Assembly: GCA_035526025.1 (NCBI GenBank)
Contig: DATLDE010000011.1
Span: forward strand, 121,056-185,055
Direction: 5' to 3'
DNA from: Candidatus Limnocylindrales bacterium
Lineage (GTDB): Bacteria; Patescibacteriota; Microgenomatia; Levybacterales; UBA12049
DNA length: 64,000 bases
Part shown: piece after piece, positions 60,687 to 64,000 of the stretch
Layout of the letters: each line of letters begins with the position of its first letter
Numbering within the stretch: the first letter of the stretch is position 1
Program-made: the position numbers and the translations under genes
Notes under the pieces: model-generated
Database searches by the model: none
What the model was told of the DNA's origin: nothing
What the model saw: only the letters and a program-made list of their open reading frames with translations

Positions 60687-61817
60687 CTACTGCTCTGGGG
60701 CTTTCTCAAGCGTTGTCCTTATATCCTCTGCCTTATCTTCACGGAATAGAGTAATTATTATTACGTCGCCAACTTTCTTCTTTGCGATGATTGTTGACAA
60801 CTGAGTTTTCTCATTGATTTTTTGTCCATCAATTTTTGTGATCACGTCTCCGGGCTTAATTCCTGCTTTATCCGCACTTGACCCTTCTATCACCTGCTGA
60901 ACATATGCACCCTCCGGCAAATCATTTAAGATTGCAATATCTTTTGAAATTAATTTATAAGCGACTCCCAAATATGGTCGTTCAAACTTTCCTGTATTGT
61001 TAAAGTTATTAAGAGAATCTTTTATAACATTGATGGGAATTGCAAAACCTATATTTTGCCCACTTTGAGACACGGCAGTATTTACACCTATTACCTGTCC
61101 TGCAGAATTAATGAGTGGGCCACCACTATTTCCGGGATTTATCGCTGCATCTGTTTGTATTACATTATCAAGTCTCTCAAGAGAACCCTCATATGGGCTT
61201 CCTGCATCAATTCCCCGCCCAAGACCTGAAACAACTCCTGTTGTTACAGTATTTTTAAATTCTCCGAGGGCTGTTCCTATAGCAACAACGTATTGCCCTA
61301 CTTGAAGACTTGAGGAATCACCAAGCTCAATTGGGGTCAGCTTGTCCCCTGTATTTTGAGATTTGTTAACTTGTAAAATAGCAATATCATTTAACGGGTC
61401 ACGATATATTTTGGTGACCTCATACTTCTTATCTGTACTTGTGACAATTTGATATTTGCCTTCAGTTCCCGAAACAACATGCTTATTGGTAAGTATCAAC
61501 CCTTCAGAGTCTATGATAAATCCTGTGCCAATACTTTGTGGCTCAGAAGGTGTTGATTTTTCTTCCTGAGGAATACCAAAAACAGAAAAAGGGCCAAAAT
61601 TAAATCTCGAAGCTGCCGCTGGCGATACCTCCTCTGCTATTGTTACGACTGAAGGTCCTACTTTTTTTACAATATTAATTGTTACAGACTCCTCAGTTAT
61701 TACTTTAACTTTTTCACTTTCTTGTGGTAATTTTTTTTCAGGTAAATATTTAGAGGAAACATTGCGGAGTCCCAGAAGAGCTATCAAAATTAATACTAAT
61801 ACAACTAACCTTTTCAT
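60687..61817 (-). CDS. htrA: HtrA/DegP-family serine protease with PDZ domain
   Basis: Catalytic triad context GTGFIID…TNKHVV, D…, and GNSGGPL, plus a C-terminal PDZ. Confidence 0.9.
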   Translation of the reverse strand: MKRLVVLVLILIALLGLRNVSSKYLPEKKLPQESEKVKVITEESVTINIVKKVGPSVVTIAEEVSPAAASRFNFGPFSVFGIPQEEKSTPSEPQSIGTGFIIDSEGLILTNKHVVSGTEGKYQIVTSTDKKYEVTKIYRDPLNDIAILQVNKSQNTGDKLTPIELGDSSSLQVGQYVVAIGTALGEFKNTVTTGVVSGLGRGIDAGSPYEGSLERLDNVIQTDAAINPGNSGGPLINSAGQVIGVNTAVSQSGQNIGFAIPINVIKDSLNNFNNTGKFERPYLGVAYKLISKDIAILNDLPEGAYVQQVIEGSSADKAGIKPGDVITKIDGQKINEKTQLSTIIAKKKVGDVIIITLFREDKAEDIRTTLEKAPEQ

Positions 61818-61864
61818 AGATTAAATATTTTACAAACCAAATCCTACTAGTTGATTTGTAATAA

Positions 61865-63142
61865 TTATTTTACCAATTCCTCTATGGCCCTTTCAAGCTG
61901 GGCATCGTGCTCAGGGTTTTTCTCATCGACTGGCACCTCAACGTCAGGCTTTAATCCGCTACCATTTTTACCATTTCCGACCCATGTCCCTTCAGGTGTT
62001 AACCATTTTGCAATGGTTACATGAATCCCTGCCCCATTCCCTAGATCTTCTGCCTGCTGAATAGTACCTTTTCCAAATGAGGTTTCGCCAACCAATGTCG
62101 CCCTCTTATGGTCTCTGAGCGCACCTGCCACGATCTCTGCTGCGCTCGCTGAACCTTTGTTAATAAGAACTACCACAGGAACATCGTATAAGAGTCCTTT
62201 TCCAGAAACCGGAAACGCGGTTCTGTCACCATTTTTGTCTTCCTGAAGTACTGCGTTTCCATCTTTAATGAATTCAGATGCGATAAATACAGCATCATTT
62301 AGATATCCCCCGGGATTATTTCGCAGATCAAAGACTATGCCTTTTATGTCTTTTTGAGTTTTTAAACGAACTGCTGCATCATTAGAGAGCTTGAGCCATT
62401 CACTATTTGTAGAATCTCCAAATTGTGACAACCTTATATAGATGATCTTGTTATCAGCAATTTTACTTTTGCTTGCGGTTTTACTAATTGATTCAATCTC
62501 TTTTGCTTGTTTTGTATATGTAGTCAGGCTTTTAACTGTGATGGTATCACGGGTTATATTGATATCAACTGGTGCTTCGCCTTGCTTGTGTACAACACTT
62601 ATCTTAACAGCTGTGCCTTTAGGACCACGAATTTTGTCAACTGCCTGCCCGAGAGTCCAGCCAAAAGTTACCTGATCATTTACTTTGACTATCGCGTCCC
62701 CAGGTAAAATACCTGATTTTTTAGCAGGTGATCCATCAAGAGGTGATACCACTATTATTTGTTTATTTTTAAGTCCAAGCTCGGCTCCAATTCCTTCAAA
62801 TTTACCAGCCATTCCGTTTTTGAAATCATCATTTTGCTTAGCAGGCAGATAAACTGTATATGGATCATCTAAGCTTTCAACCATTCCCGAGATTGCACCA
62901 TTAATTATTTTCTGAGAATCTATCTGCTTTTTATCATAGTAAGACCCTTCGATCTTATCTAGAACTAGCCAAAATTGACTAAAATCTCCCTGCATTGAAG
63001 AAGGAGGTGGCTCCTTACTTGACATCTGAATGTCGGGTTTGAAATTGCGGACATCAACTTTAATCTTTGTGACACCAATCGCATAGCCTATTAATCCGGC
63101 AATCACTATAGCTAGTATAAATCTTAATTTTGTTGATTTCAT
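61865..63142 (-). CDS. ctpA: C-terminal processing peptidase (S41)
   Basis: PDZ domain, catalytic Ser in GSASAAE, FDLRNNPGG and the catalytic Lys region. Confidence 0.9.
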   Translation of the reverse strand: MKSTKLRFILAIVIAGLIGYAIGVTKIKVDVRNFKPDIQMSSKEPPPSSMQGDFSQFWLVLDKIEGSYYDKKQIDSQKIINGAISGMVESLDDPYTVYLPAKQNDDFKNGMAGKFEGIGAELGLKNKQIIVVSPLDGSPAKKSGILPGDAIVKVNDQVTFGWTLGQAVDKIRGPKGTAVKISVVHKQGEAPVDINITRDTITVKSLTTYTKQAKEIESISKTASKSKIADNKIIYIRLSQFGDSTNSEWLKLSNDAAVRLKTQKDIKGIVFDLRNNPGGYLNDAVFIASEFIKDGNAVLQEDKNGDRTAFPVSGKGLLYDVPVVVLINKGSASAAEIVAGALRDHKRATLVGETSFGKGTIQQAEDLGNGAGIHVTIAKWLTPEGTWVGNGKNGSGLKPDVEVPVDEKNPEHDAQLERAIEELVK

Positions 63143-63891
63143 ATCTGTAAAAAAATAATTGATTTTGTTTCAGGATTTATGAAAACTTTTTTCCCTGCCC
63201 ATTGCGTTAGAACATCATAGCTTTCCTCATTGATTTTTATTATTGGAATTTGAAATTTCTTATCTTTTAGGTATTCTATATCATGTTCGCCAATTCCAAC
63301 TCCTATAATCCCTGCCACTCCTATCCCGACCCCTTTCAAGATCATTTCCCGTGTAAAATTTTTCGAAACTGCAATTTTGCCAATTGCTTTTGCGTTAAGG
63401 TGGTATGAATCATCTTCCTGAAGAACATGTATTTCGCCTGTTCCTTTATCGCCTTGTGCTAGCATTCCAATCACGACATTTTTATCGGTATTGATTACTA
63501 TTTCCTTATTATCACATATCCCGACAATTCCATCAACCGGAGAAATTATATCTTGCGTACTAGTGCTTAAAGTAGTTTTTATTACAAGGTTTCCTGTGCT
63601 TCTTTCAAAGCGTGTCACTGTGCCTGCAACTTTACTTTTAAGAACCTCGGTATTAGTTCCGAATAAACTTTTTTTAATAGCTATCACATCCCCTATTTCA
63701 ACAGCTTCTCCTGGGATTTTTTTTATGATCTTCCTTGCGTGACTGATCCCTACACCAAGTGCATTTGGAATATTTATTATTTCGTCTTGAGGACCTATAT
63801 TTGACGCTATTACTTGGCCTACTGCCACTTCATCTCCAACTTTTACTACTGGGGAGAATCCATCAGAAAGATTTATAGGCAGTGCAGTCAT
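63139..63891 (-). CDS. Hypothetical protein (barrel-sandwich-like N-terminus), co-directional with ctpA and htrA
   Basis: 250 aa. VKVGDEVAVGQVIA resembles lipoyl/barrel-sandwich hybrid folds. No catalytic motif recognised. Confidence 0.35.
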   Translation of the reverse strand: MTALPINLSDGFSPVVKVGDEVAVGQVIASNIGPQDEIINIPNALGVGISHARKIIKKIPGEAVEIGDVIAIKKSLFGTNTEVLKSKVAGTVTRFERSTGNLVIKTTLSTSTQDIISPVDGIVGICDNKEIVINTDKNVVIGMLAQGDKGTGEIHVLQEDDSYHLNAKAIGKIAVSKNFTREMILKGVGIGVAGIIGVGIGEHDIEYLKDKKFQIPIIKINEESYDVLTQWAGKKVFINPETKSIIFLQI

Positions 63892-64000
63892 AAAAGTTTA
63901 ATTTACCAATGTCCATTTATCATTTTCCATCTTATTTATTAATAGGTCAATCTTAAAAATGGTAATTAATTGCAAATGGAGAGTGGAAAGTGGAAAATCG

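Overview
This is a low-GC, tightly packed bacterial chromosomal segment. The GC content is roughly 30-35% by eye, apart from two patches near 45-55%. The standard genetic code applies: TGA serves as a stop, including in ATGA gene overlaps. Coding is dense and short overlaps are frequent, as in small-genome or candidate-phylum-like lineages. Most of the content is core housekeeping:
- rarA, gyrB-ppa-gyrA and folD.
- A contiguous de novo pyrimidine cluster: pyrB-carA-carB-pyrC-(small membrane protein)-pyrD-pyrE-like-pyrF-pyrE-type PRTase.
- A XerC/D-type tyrosine recombinase, a GH37 trehalase, yebC, efp, pepN and a tRNA-Leu(CAA).
- A D-alanine/peptidoglycan block: class-IV aminotransferase, maf, alr, ddl and a MurF-like ligase.
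- dnaB, then a TrpR-like gene followed by a partial histidine operon (hisG-hisH-hisA-hisF-hisI-hisE with no hisB/C/D) and hisS.
- rpmE, a short prfA, and an envelope quality-control block (SurA_N protein, HtrA, CtpA).

The items worth a second look are:
- A Fic/patatin pair driven by a textbook leaderless consensus promoter carrying triple TTGACAAATA repeats.
- An IVS-type four-helix-bundle gene bracketed by imperfect inverted repeats next to the recombinase.
- A 960-bp ORF-free, repeat-bearing convergent spacer after the trehalase gene.
- A GC-elevated ECF sigma factor with two tandem sigma-4-like domains.
- A GC-elevated gene encoding a HAD-IIIA phosphatase fused to an unrecognisable ~300-aa domain. 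It overlaps prfA convergently and sits divergent from a DnaQ-exonuclease/GIY-YIG fusion. I consider this a candidate novel nucleic-acid end-processing module.
- An arginase-fold protein with altered metal ligands.
- A CTTAATTCTT motif recurring in two promoter regions.

All calls rest on reading the translated ORFs for motifs. No database searches were run.
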